Source of the DNA: Amphiscolops sp. MND2022 | Lineage: Eukaryota | Assembly (NCBI GenBank): GCA_964187785.1 | Contig: OZ076409.1 | Span: 96,040,001-96,104,000, forward strand | Direction: 5' to 3' | DNA: 64,000 nucleotides | Part shown: one piece after another, positions 51,928-61,521 of the stretch | Numbering within the stretch: the stretch's first letter is position 1 | Layout of the letters: every line of letters begins with the position of its first letter | The notes under the pieces: generated by a model | Database searches by the model: none | What the model was told of the DNA's origin: nothing | Seen by the model: only the letters and a program-made list of their open reading frames with translations | Program-made: the position numbers and the translations under genes

Positions 51928-53558
51928 AAAGTACTTGTTTTGTTCTTATAGATCAGTGTTACTGAGATGGAGTGTTCAATTGATCTTAGTACTTTAAGAG
52001 ACACTAACAGAGCTGCAGATATTAGGTCTTAAGGGAAGACAACTGGTTGGTGAAGAATGAATTTTAGTTGTGTCTAAATCAAAGTGCATTGTACAGAATA
52101 TTAAGTGGGTACATTAAGTTTACATCTAGAATATTAATCAGATACATTGATGAGATGGAGTACATTTATTATGAAGTCTAGAAGTCTAGACATAAGGGGA
52201 GTTGGGGGGACGATACAGCACTACACAACATATATCTGGTATATCATCCGACCGGGTTTTGAAAAAAAAAGGAAAAGGAAGAAAAATTTTGGAATTATTG
52301 TTAAAAGATATCTTGGAATTTGGAGTTCCATTAAAAGGTTGGAGTTTGGTTTAATATGTTTAGAGAAAGAGAGAAAGGAGGAATTTTAATAATCTTGCAT
52401 TAAGAGTTTTTGTTTTAAAAGTTGTCTTCATATATTTGTGAAAAATTTTCATGTTTGAGTTGTCTTCATATCTTTCCTTTCGTGAGTTACGGGCGGGTAA
52501 TTTTAAGTTTTTTAGTATAAAGAAACGTGTCTTCAAGAGAGTGGGTTATTAACCTTAGTTCCAAGGTTCTAAATACGTGAAAGAACAGAGAATAAAGTTT
52601 TAACTTTTAGTTATTTTCAATTCATTATTTGAAATGCGACTTTTTTATGTTGGGTACGAATTCAGTAAAATGATTTGAGATTTCATGAAATTTTTGTACA
52701 GGACGAATGAGTTAGTATTTTCAGAATTTTAGTATCTTCCGAGGCGGTAAAAGTTTGATTGACAAGGAGGGGAAGAGAAAAATTTGAGATATGGCAAGAT
52801 TTTGACAGCCTGATTGACAAGAAAATTCTATCAAGAAGCCGAAGATTCTTAGTTGTTTGATAACTAAGCGTTGATCTTATGGCCTTTTTAATCAACCAAA
52901 ATGAGACATTAGAATCTTCAAAGCAAAAGGCGGTGGCAAAAGCAATTTTGAGCGAAAACAAAGCCATATGAGTCAAGAGTTGTTCAAAATTATATCACGT
53001 GGCAGGTATGTTGTCAATTGAAAAAATGAAAAAAATGTTTTGATCACGCGAATTTTTGTGTCTAAAAAAGAAAGCGAAGAAAGGTGAGATATCGAGGTAA
53101 GTTGGTTTGAATATATGATTAAGTAGGAGTAGAATGAAAAAGATAAATTTTGTAGAATTGAAGTTAAAGAGGAGTGAATTCAAAATTTGTTTGGAAGGAA
53201 GAGAAAAATTTTTTTATGAAGTATAATTCAAAAAGTTTGTGAATGGTGAAGAAAAGGGAAAATAGGGGATAGCTCCAGCATTTAAGAGTAAGGGGGTCCA
53301 AAACGACATGCTAAGATGAATATTTGAAAAATTGATTTGTTAGAACCGAAGTTATAAGCAAATATTTTAAAAGAAAAATGGGAATTTGAGTGTGGAAATT
53401 TTGAAAAGTTGTGAAAAAATGAAAAGCATAGCACAATAATAGATGTTATGAGGGTCAAGAAAAACATGGGGGGATTAGAAGAAGTGTCCAAAACAGAGAA
53501 AGTGAATACGTTCAAAAAATGTGTGATAAAATTTTAAAAAATGTTTAAACAAACATTG

Positions 53559-54464
53559 CTAGTCAACATCGTTCAATGAGGTTACCAGCGGGTCTAAATC
53601 ATTTAGAGGGGAGGGAGGTTGAAATGTGGGGGTTATGGGTTCAATGCGAATGGGAATTAATGCTGGGGAAGGCGGAGGGGGAGGAAAATGTGAATGCATA
53701 GTATAGTTAAGTGGAACATGTGAACAATGGAGGGGATTAGAAGGGAAACAATTATAATGATTACAGCAGTTGTTAGAAGGAATTTGAATAGAGAGAGGGG
53801 ATAATTGCACGGGATAAGTCGTTTTAAATTTTCGTAATTTAGAAAGGGGGGGTGTATTATTAATTTTATCTAGTTCAAAAGTAGTTTGTTCAATTAATGC
53901 ATCAAGGTGTTTTTCATACAGTTTGAGAGCAGTTATGTACTGGTTCAATTTTTGTTTATAGACCACACTGTGCACCAGACGACGAACAGGTTGTTGAATT
54001 ATATCGGACGGCAAGTGTGGACGTCTGGGATGTTTGGGTTTCTTCTGCTGGAGATCACGAGTCAATTGGCGGACGGCCGAATATTGTTGGAAATGCGGGG
54101 AAGTTGCAACAGCATCTTTGGGATGAATGAAGAAAGGAGGTTTGATTGATGAGACTGGAGACGAAATAGAAGAAAGCACTGGAAGTGGAGTTGAGACAGA
54201 TGTGGTTGAAGCTGAAGCTGTAGTATTGACGATAGAAGTATTGACGGAAGAAGAAATGGGTGAAGATGAAAGAGCAGATGTTACAGATGCAACATTAGAG
54301 GGTATCACAGAGACGGCCGTGGATAATGCAGAGGATGATGGAGAAGTAGTGGCGACAGTTGGAAGAGTGAATGTGGAGGAAGTGGAGGAAACAGGGAATG
54401 GCAGCACAGAGTCCAGAAGTTGATTTAAAAGAGGGTATGCCACTGGCAAAGAAGAAGATGTCAT
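53559..54464 (-). CDS. E3 accessory ORF of unknown function (301 aa, S/T-rich N-terminus, short coiled coil, Cys/His/Pro tail)
   Basis: Intact ORF; ATG 2 nt after a tttattctgtttcag acceptor. Confidence 0.65.
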   Translation of the reverse strand: MTSSSLPVAYPLLNQLLDSVLPFPVSSTSSTFTLPTVATTSPSSSALSTAVSVIPSNVASVTSALSSSPISSSVNTSIVNTTASASTTSVSTPLPVLSSISSPVSSIKPPFFIHPKDAVATSPHFQQYSAVRQLTRDLQQKKPKHPRRPHLPSDIIQQPVRRLVHSVVYKQKLNQYITALKLYEKHLDALIEQTTFELDKINNTPPLSKLRKFKTTYPVQLSPLSIQIPSNNCCNHYNCFPSNPLHCSHVPLNYTMHSHFPPPPPSPALIPIRIEPITPTFQPPSPLNDLDPLVTSLNDVD

Positions 54465-55122
54465 TACTGAAACAGAATAAATGATAATATTGGATGATGA
54501 TTATTTTTTATAGTATATGGAGTAATTTAATATAGAGAAAGTGTTGTGGTGAATTTATTGAATGTAAAGAAGGAATATATGATTGAATGAAAAAAAGGAG
54601 AATGTGTGAATACTTGTTGAATATGTTTTTAAGGAATTGCATTAAAAAATAGGAAAGTTATTTGAAATTTATTATACCTGATAGTAGAAGTTTGGCAAAA
54701 CGAAAATGTAGATATTCAGTTAAAGATTTTAGAATGTGAGAATTAAGAGAGGAGTGAGCGGAGATTTAAGAGAGGAGTGAGCTGAAGAGAGTTTGAAAAG
54801 CAAGTGAGGGAGAAATTGGAGAAAACTTAAAGAGTTAATAAAATTATGAGATATGAAGTGTAATGTCAATATTATTGAAAGAACAAGTGGAAGTGTCAAG
54901 TTAATTTATTAGGGAGTAGAGGAGACAATAGGAAGAAGTGTCAAAATTAAGAAAGGAAGATGATATATGTTAATAAGAAGTGAAAGATGTAATGTCCATG
55001 TTAATTGGATAAGAGGTTGAAAAGATAAAATGGAATTATGTTAGTGATAGAGGTTTATTATGTAGTGGATTGAGGAAAAAATGTTGTGTTAAAAGAATGA
55101 AAAGGAAGAAAGTGTTTACCAA

Positions 55123-56610
55123 TTAAAGAGAGGTTGAGGAGGAAGTGAATTGAGGAGGAGTTTCTAGGAGAACAAGTTTTTTAAGAAAATCATTAACATG
55201 AATTGTAGAAATTGTTAAATTTTGAATATCAGTTGAGTGGAGTTGTAGAAGAGATTGAAGATTACGGTAGGTGTCAAAAATGTGGTTCAAAATAATAAAA
55301 GGATCTGTATTCGGGGCAATTTCAACATGTGGACGAAGAAGAGAAAGTATTTCTGAGACAAATTTGTCTGTAGGGCAAGAGAAGGAATTGATGCAAACAT
55401 TGGGATTAGCGGTTTGAAGAACATACGAAGTAGATGGAGGAGGGATTGATGAAATGTGAGGAGGTTCAGAGGTAGTATTAGGAGAAGTGTGTTTAGGAAG
55501 AGATTGGAGGATTTCATCAGAAATGTTTAATGAAAAATATTTGTATTGTTTTTTTAGAATAAAAGAAGAAAGTTTTGCAATAATAAAGTTAAGTTGTGCA
55601 ATAGAATAGTGTTTATGAACTAATGCAGTGTAGAGGGAACGAGAATGATCATCAAGAGGTGTTTCTACTAATTTTGTCATTTTTGGGAAGAAGTTTTGAA
55701 CAGCGTTAGGAATGTGTGTAGGAAGTAGGAAATCGTCGTTGACATTGAGTGCTTCCTGAGGAACAAATAATGGCCGAGTGGGATCATGATAGGAAGAGAG
55801 AATAAAGTATTGTTTGACAGGATCATAGTTACGGATTGTTCCAATAGTGAAGAGGTGATTGAGTGAATAGTGAGAATGAAATGAAAATGGAGAAGTAAAT
55901 TTATGATTTTGGAAGATGAAATTTTGAGGATGTTTATGTTGAAGAAAAAGTTGATAGGTTTGGTGGTGAAGTTTTTTAACAGATGGAGTTGTAGTAATAT
56001 CATTGGGATTGGTATTTAAATCATGGTGGGTTGGTTTAAGAAGATTGAATTGGAATTGGAAGAAGCGGACACGATTGGTTTGCCAGTAGGCGAGTTGAGG
56101 TAAATTTTTGGAAGCATAAGCAACATAATGGTCAAAACTACGGTCTTGAGGAAAGCGAAATTTATAGGTAGTTGGTGTCATATACAAGGAAGGAAGGTTG
56201 GCTTTAAAATTTGGGTGATTACGGAGGAATTCGTCTGTCATTGTATTAGATTGAGAAGGATTTTTTAAAGGATGAAGAGTTGGGGGTAAAATACCGGAAT
56301 CAATGAAGACAGGGTCTTCAAGAATATTATATTTCTTTTTTGTAGGGATGTGATGATTGTCAATAGTAATATGGAGATTATTTGGGGGTGGAGTGGGGGA
56401 ATGACGAGATTTAAGAACATTGGAAGAAGATTTAGTGGATTGAGAAGTGGTGGGGTTAGTATTCATAGTAGGTTCTGGAGTATTGGTAGAATTAGGAGGA
56501 AGAGAATCATTGGTGAGGGGAAGATCAAGAGTACCAGATTTAAGAGAAAGAGGGGGTGACAAAGATGCAATGCTGGAAAGGAGTTCTTCTTCAGGATTGA
56601 TAGTGGCCAT
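55123..56610 (-). CDS. E3 accessory ORF of unknown function (~495 aa from the ATG at 56610)
   Basis: Intact ORF; ACAAAAATGG start context; same codon bias as pol and env. Confidence 0.7.
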   Translation of the reverse strand: MATINPEEELLSSIASLSPPLSLKSGTLDLPLTNDSLPPNSTNTPEPTMNTNPTTSQSTKSSSNVLKSRHSPTPPPNNLHITIDNHHIPTKKKYNILEDPVFIDSGILPPTLHPLKNPSQSNTMTDEFLRNHPNFKANLPSLYMTPTTYKFRFPQDRSFDHYVAYASKNLPQLAYWQTNRVRFFQFQFNLLKPTHHDLNTNPNDITTTPSVKKLHHQTYQLFLQHKHPQNFIFQNHKFTSPFSFHSHYSLNHLFTIGTIRNYDPVKQYFILSSYHDPTRPLFVPQEALNVNDDFLLPTHIPNAVQNFFPKMTKLVETPLDDHSRSLYTALVHKHYSIAQLNFIIAKLSSFILKKQYKYFSLNISDEILQSLPKHTSPNTTSEPPHISSIPPPSTSYVLQTANPNVCINSFSCPTDKFVSEILSLLRPHVEIAPNTDPFIILNHIFDTYRNLQSLLQLHSTDIQNLTISTIHVNDFLKKLVLLETPPQFTSSSTSL

Positions 56611-57058
56611 TTTTGTGTGGAGAGAAGGTAGAAATGAATAGTTCAAAGGGTGAAAATTATGCGAATGTGCGTTTGGATAAGTTATACGAATGTGTGTCTT
56701 TTATACGGATGTGATACGAATGTGTGTCTTTTATACGGATGTGTGTCTTCTACTTAGAAAAGATTGTATGAGTTTAGATGAAAGTAAGGTGTTATAGAAA
56801 AGTTCAAGAAATATGTTTGGAGGAGGTGAGTAGGGGTGACCAGAGTGAAAGCAAGAAAGATGAAAAATGAAAAGGAAGAAGTTTTTAAAAGGACTATAAT
56901 TATTATGTATAAGAGGTACAATATTATTATGGAGATTAAATTGGGTTAGGGTGGTTAAAATTCAGAATGTGAAGTAATAAAATTAAAAGTAAAGACATTA
57001 AATTGGGTTTGGGTGTTTAAGATTCAGAAGGAGGATGAATGAAGTTAAAAGTAAAGAT

Positions 57059-59830
57059 TTATTCTGAAGGGAAGCGACAAGAAGAATAGACTTTGACAGG
57101 ACTGTCAGGTGAATCAAAAATATTATTGACAGAAGTTAACGGAATGTCATTAGTTTTAATTGGTGGTGGAGTAGGAGGATATAATTTTGTAGATTGCCAG
57201 GGATTATAAATGGGGGAATCAGTTGAAGAATTGTCGCAATTAATGTCATCAGGAAGGGTGGAATTATGAAAATGTGGAGGAGAAGATAATGAAGGTAATT
57301 GGGAGTGTGGGGAAGAAAGATTATTATGGGATGAAAGATGAGAATTATAATTTGGAGGTGGAGGTGAGCAATTTTCGGTGTTAAGGGGGTTTGTAGGATT
57401 AATAGAAGTGGCATGAAATACTGAGGAAGAAGGGGGTTTAATAGGTGAAGAGTTTGGTGGAGTTCTGTTCATGGGGGTTTTCTTCTTTAAACTAAGAAGT
57501 TTTGTTTTAATATTTGTGTGGTATTTAGGAGGACGAGGTTTAAAACTGGAAGATGTGGTATTATTTTTTTGTAAAGGGGAATGAGGAGAATCAGAATCGT
57601 CAGAATCTGATGATGAATGAGTTGATTTGATCATAGCTGTCATCATGGTTTTGGTAATAGTGCCAAAGAAACCAAATCCTAAAGCAGTGATTACGGAAAT
57701 TTGTTTTTTAAGAAGATTTCGAACAGTGAATGAACGGTAAATACTAAAGAGTGTATTGAAAGCAAATTGTAGAAAGAGAGCAGTAGAAAAGTATATTCCA
57801 CATTGAGTTAAAATATAGCATGGATAGCCAAAAAGTTTGATAAAAGCATTTGTAAACCAGTCAGGAGAGAAAAATGGGGTCAGGTTTAACATGTAGTCAT
57901 GAAGACCAATTCGGAGTGATCGATAAGGATTATTAGGAAAGGAATTGTCAGATTGTTGATTCATGAATTCATAACTAATAGCTTTTCCGAGAAGCTGGAG
58001 AGTATTATCAGAGTGTTTAGTGAATAAAACTCGATTCCAAAAATGTTTTAGTTCTTTTTGTGAATAAATGCCAGCATCCTGAGCAGTGAAAGTATTCGGG
58101 CTAATAGCGGTTTGAATTTGAGTTGGTTCAAAAAGAAGAGGAGGATCTTTTTTAATAGGTTGAGGAGTGAGAACGTAATATTGATCAGTGTCTGGGTCAA
58201 GAGATATAACATTTTGAGGATTGTTTTCACAAGGTATTTGGTTTGCATATTCAAAAGTTTGACGTGTAATAGGATCAACATACATGACAGTGTCAAGATA
58301 ATTAACAGGAATTTTGTCATAACATTGGTCAGCAATATAGAGAGGTGAAAGGTGATGAGGACAGTCATATAACCAGGCGGTAGAGCCTTCAACATATAAA
58401 AAGTTGCTACGATTTTGGGTTAAGAGGAAACCAGCAAGTTGTGGATTTTTAACAGACATAGCGAGTATGGTTAAAAGTTGAGTACGTTCGACTTCACAAA
58501 TAGTGTGAAGAGTGTTAAGTTCAGCAACAGACATGCTTTTGAAAACATGATTTATTGAGTAATCAAGTTTAGTGTTAATATGGGCTTCATAATCAATGGT
58601 GGCGAAATTATTTGAAGAATTGAGAGCAGGGAAAAGAAGTTTATCTTTAGTGTGAATTAATTTTCCAGATATTAACGTGGTGGTTAGTTGGTTGTATTGT
58701 TCATCTTGTGGAAGTTGGAGTGGATTATGTTTACCAGTTTGCATATTAAAACCTTCGGTGTAGGTTACAAACAAGTCAGGATATTGTGTAAGGTGTAAAG
58801 GAGTAGGTTTATTACAAAACATTTTGTTTTCAGGAAAAATTTCAAAGCGAGAAAGACGTGTTTGAGATTTAGTATCATGGTAAGGAGAATTAGTTGAATC
58901 AGGAGAGGAATTATTGTTAAAAAAATGTTCAGTTTCAAGCCAATAGCGGTTATTGAGTTTAGACATGCGGCCAATAAAGGAATGAATAGAGAAAATTAAA
59001 CAGAGATCTTCAGGAAACCAAACAATGGTGAAAGGTGTTAATATTGTTGGTTTACAAAAACCATCATCATGGAGGCAAGGTAAAGTATGGCCATGGTATA
59101 TTAATTTATTTTCTTTGTCATCATAAGTGATTTCAATTTCTTTTACAATGAGAGACCAACTATCTTTTTCAATAATATACTCATAGCGGTCCCAACAAAC
59201 AGCTTTTTCTTTCAGAGTTGAGTTTAATACTAATTGGGAATTGGTGATCCAAGCAAAAGCACCATAATGGTAAGTATTGAGTTTAGTAATACGAAAAGGA
59301 GGTTGTTTTGTTTCTAAAAGGCGTTGTTTTTGAATATCATTGAAAAAGGTAAAGGAATTGGAATAATTAAAAGCATCAAGTTGAGGATTATGAGTTCCGT
59401 TTAAATGACGAATAGCGTGTTTGCATTCGGTTGGGTCAAGAGTACGAGGACGTTCCATGGTGTTTTGATGATAATCTGTACGGTCATGGCGACGATATTT
59501 GTAATCAGATTGGGCACAGACAAACTTTTCTCGTTTGACATATGCTTCACAAGTCCAAGCGCGAAGACGCTTAGCTTTAGCACGAACAAAAACATTGACG
59601 ATTGCGCGTGTTGTTTCGAAAGCAGAAGGGGCTTGAACGCATGGTTGTACTCGGGTAAGACTAAATTGTCTTAAATTATGTTGTTTAGAACAATCATAAT
59701 GAGAGACTAAAAGGTCCGAAATATGGGGATCATTAGGATCTACATGATCGGAAGATGGAAAATTTTGAGAAAGTACCAAGAGAATGGAGGGAAGAAAAAA
59801 GTTGAGTGAGGTTAAAAAAAGGAAGGACAT
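57059..59830 (-). CDS. env: E3 envelope glycoprotein, class III fusogen-like (chuvirus G / herpes gB-related)
   Basis: Signal peptide; HYDCS, C....GFC....T.VW, CE.ER..L..ILA, G...W.YDC and CYDKIPV.Y....YVDPITR motifs; C-terminal TM segments; intact 923 aa. Confidence 0.85.
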   Translation of the reverse strand: MSFLFLTSLNFFLPSILLVLSQNFPSSDHVDPNDPHISDLLVSHYDCSKQHNLRQFSLTRVQPCVQAPSAFETTRAIVNVFVRAKAKRLRAWTCEAYVKREKFVCAQSDYKYRRHDRTDYHQNTMERPRTLDPTECKHAIRHLNGTHNPQLDAFNYSNSFTFFNDIQKQRLLETKQPPFRITKLNTYHYGAFAWITNSQLVLNSTLKEKAVCWDRYEYIIEKDSWSLIVKEIEITYDDKENKLIYHGHTLPCLHDDGFCKPTILTPFTIVWFPEDLCLIFSIHSFIGRMSKLNNRYWLETEHFFNNNSSPDSTNSPYHDTKSQTRLSRFEIFPENKMFCNKPTPLHLTQYPDLFVTYTEGFNMQTGKHNPLQLPQDEQYNQLTTTLISGKLIHTKDKLLFPALNSSNNFATIDYEAHINTKLDYSINHVFKSMSVAELNTLHTICEVERTQLLTILAMSVKNPQLAGFLLTQNRSNFLYVEGSTAWLYDCPHHLSPLYIADQCYDKIPVNYLDTVMYVDPITRQTFEYANQIPCENNPQNVISLDPDTDQYYVLTPQPIKKDPPLLFEPTQIQTAISPNTFTAQDAGIYSQKELKHFWNRVLFTKHSDNTLQLLGKAISYEFMNQQSDNSFPNNPYRSLRIGLHDYMLNLTPFFSPDWFTNAFIKLFGYPCYILTQCGIYFSTALFLQFAFNTLFSIYRSFTVRNLLKKQISVITALGFGFFGTITKTMMTAMIKSTHSSSDSDDSDSPHSPLQKNNTTSSSFKPRPPKYHTNIKTKLLSLKKKTPMNRTPPNSSPIKPPSSSVFHATSINPTNPLNTENCSPPPPNYNSHLSSHNNLSSPHSQLPSLSSPPHFHNSTLPDDINCDNSSTDSPIYNPWQSTKLYPPTPPPIKTNDIPLTSVNNIFDSPDSPVKVYSSCRFPSE

Positions 59831-59837
59831 TGTTGTT

Positions 59838-61199
59838 TTAAAATTGGGCAGTGTATTTTAAAAAGGTGAGGGTATTAAGGAAGGTTATTGAACCGTGTAA
59901 AAGACGAAATGGTGGACTATCACTAACAAAAAGACTAAGATTGGTGGCAATAAATGGATGGGGAAGAGATTTAAAAGTTACTGTTGTATGAGACGGAATG
60001 GGATGTGGACTTAAGTTATGGAATTTGACGTTGATTTCAAATTTAAGTTCGAGATTGGGTTCTTCTAGACGAAGAAATTCTTTACGACGACGGGTGTCTG
60101 AAATATGACGATTTGAATTAAGTTTGTGAGTGGCAAGATAAAGAAAACGAGGATCTTGGCGAGGACTGTTAACAAGTGTATTATTTACAATTAGAGGATA
60201 ATCGACACGATTAGGTGTAGGAGGAGTAGAATATTGATCAGTGGTAAGATCAATGTTAAGTAAGTGATTGTCAGATGAAAGAAGACTGGAATTTTGAGAA
60301 ATTGGGCGAGAGAAAAGATGACCAGTGTGATTATAAGAAGAAATCGAAGAACGTTGAGAAAAGACAGTGTCAATTCCAGAAGTAGGAGTGTTATCTGCGT
60401 TTGAAAGGGAGTCGGAAGAAAGGGATTGAGCGTGGTGGCGTAAAAGAGAAGAGTTTGTGCTTGCAAGAGAGGGAGAAGGACGACGGTTATTACGGAGATT
60501 GTATCTACGACGAAGAGGATAGCGAATAGTAGATTCAGAGGAAGCGTCAAGAAGATTATCTAAGGAAGAAGTTGTATATTTAGAAGCGGAATTAGAAGGT
60601 GGGAGACGGGGGTAAAGAAGAGAGGAAGTGGTTGAATCAATTTCACTTAAATCTGATTTCTTTTGGAGTGAATCAATAGATTCAAGTACAGGAATTTTAA
60701 GAGGTTTAGGAGGAGGTAAAGAAGACTTGGTAGAGGTGTGAGAACAAGGTGGAGGGATAGAAAGAGTGTTATCTAATTGTGAGCGACGGCGAAAAGATTT
60801 TATAGAAGTAGGAATAAGTTTTAATCGAGGAAGAGTAGGGTTATTAATATTTCGAAGAAGAGTAGGGTTAATGTCACTCGGGTCAGGAATATGAAAGGAA
60901 GAGGAAGGTGGAGATTGATTAGGGGTTATGTCGAAAGGGAATTCTGTATCAGAGAGTGGAAGAGTTAAAGAAGTTTGAGTTTGTTGAGGAACAGAGGTAG
61001 GGAGAGGAGTATGGGTAGGAGTATTGACAGGGGTGGTATCTAGAGAAGGTGTTATTGGGATAGGATTTAAAGGAGGTTGTTGAGGTGATCCAGAAGTTTG
61101 TGAAGAAGGTATAATATCAGTTGAAACAGTAGAAGAAGTGTGAGAGGAGGAGTCGGATAAGAAAACAGTGAGATCCAGGATGGAAACAAAAGGAAAAAT
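59838..61199 (-). CDS. E3 ORF-X: 453 stop-free codons, no ATG, Ser/Pro/Thr-rich with a globular-looking C-terminus
   Basis: Manual translation IFPFVSILDLTVFLSDSSS...RYNLRNNRRPS...DPRFLYLATHKL...LKYTAQF*; ends 7 nt before the env ATG. Confidence 0.65.
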   Translation of the reverse strand: MFPFVSILDLTVFLSDSSSHTSSTVSTDIIPSSQTSGSPQQPPLNPIPITPSLDTTPVNTPTHTPLPTSVPQQTQTSLTLPLSDTEFPFDITPNQSPPSSSFHIPDPSDINPTLLRNINNPTLPRLKLIPTSIKSFRRRSQLDNTLSIPPPCSHTSTKSSLPPPKPLKIPVLESIDSLQKKSDLSEIDSTTSSLLYPRLPPSNSASKYTTSSLDNLLDASSESTIRYPLRRRYNLRNNRRPSPSLASTNSSLLRHHAQSLSSDSLSNADNTPTSGIDTVFSQRSSISSYNHTGHLFSRPISQNSSLLSSDNHLLNIDLTTDQYSTPPTPNRVDYPLIVNNTLVNSPRQDPRFLYLATHKLNSNRHISDTRRRKEFLRLEEPNLELKFEINVKFHNLSPHPIPSHTTVTFKSLPHPFIATNLSLFVSDSPPFRLLHGSITFLNTLTFLKYTAQF

Positions 61200-61521
61200 T
61201 TAGTATATTATTAAGGAAAAGGAAGGGATGAGAAGATATTAGGGTGAGAATTAAATAGAATGAAGAATGGGTTAAAGGGAAAGGAATTAAAAATTTGGTT
61301 TTGTATGTTAATGGTTTCAGTGTTAATGTTTTCGATATGACAACAAGTCTTGATGAGAACGACAGTCTTGATGAAAGCAACCGTTCAGTTTGTGTCTTAG
61401 AGACAGAATGAGAAGATGGAACTGAAAGGAAGCGGTTAATTAAATTGTCACATGTCTGCTTGAAAAAGTCTAGACAGAGAACAATGGGAGAGAGAAAATC
61501 CAATTAAAAAATGAATATTAA

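Noticed and set aside
52683..53515. Further E3 accessory ORF (three short - strand ORFs)
   Set aside because: Fragmented across frames with no motif; could be a decayed gene but cannot be supported from one copy.
57059..59830. Stand-alone endogenous chuvirus insertion
   Set aside because: No nucleoprotein or L gene is seen; it lies downstream of a gypsy integrase with the same orientation and composition, so it is better read as env.
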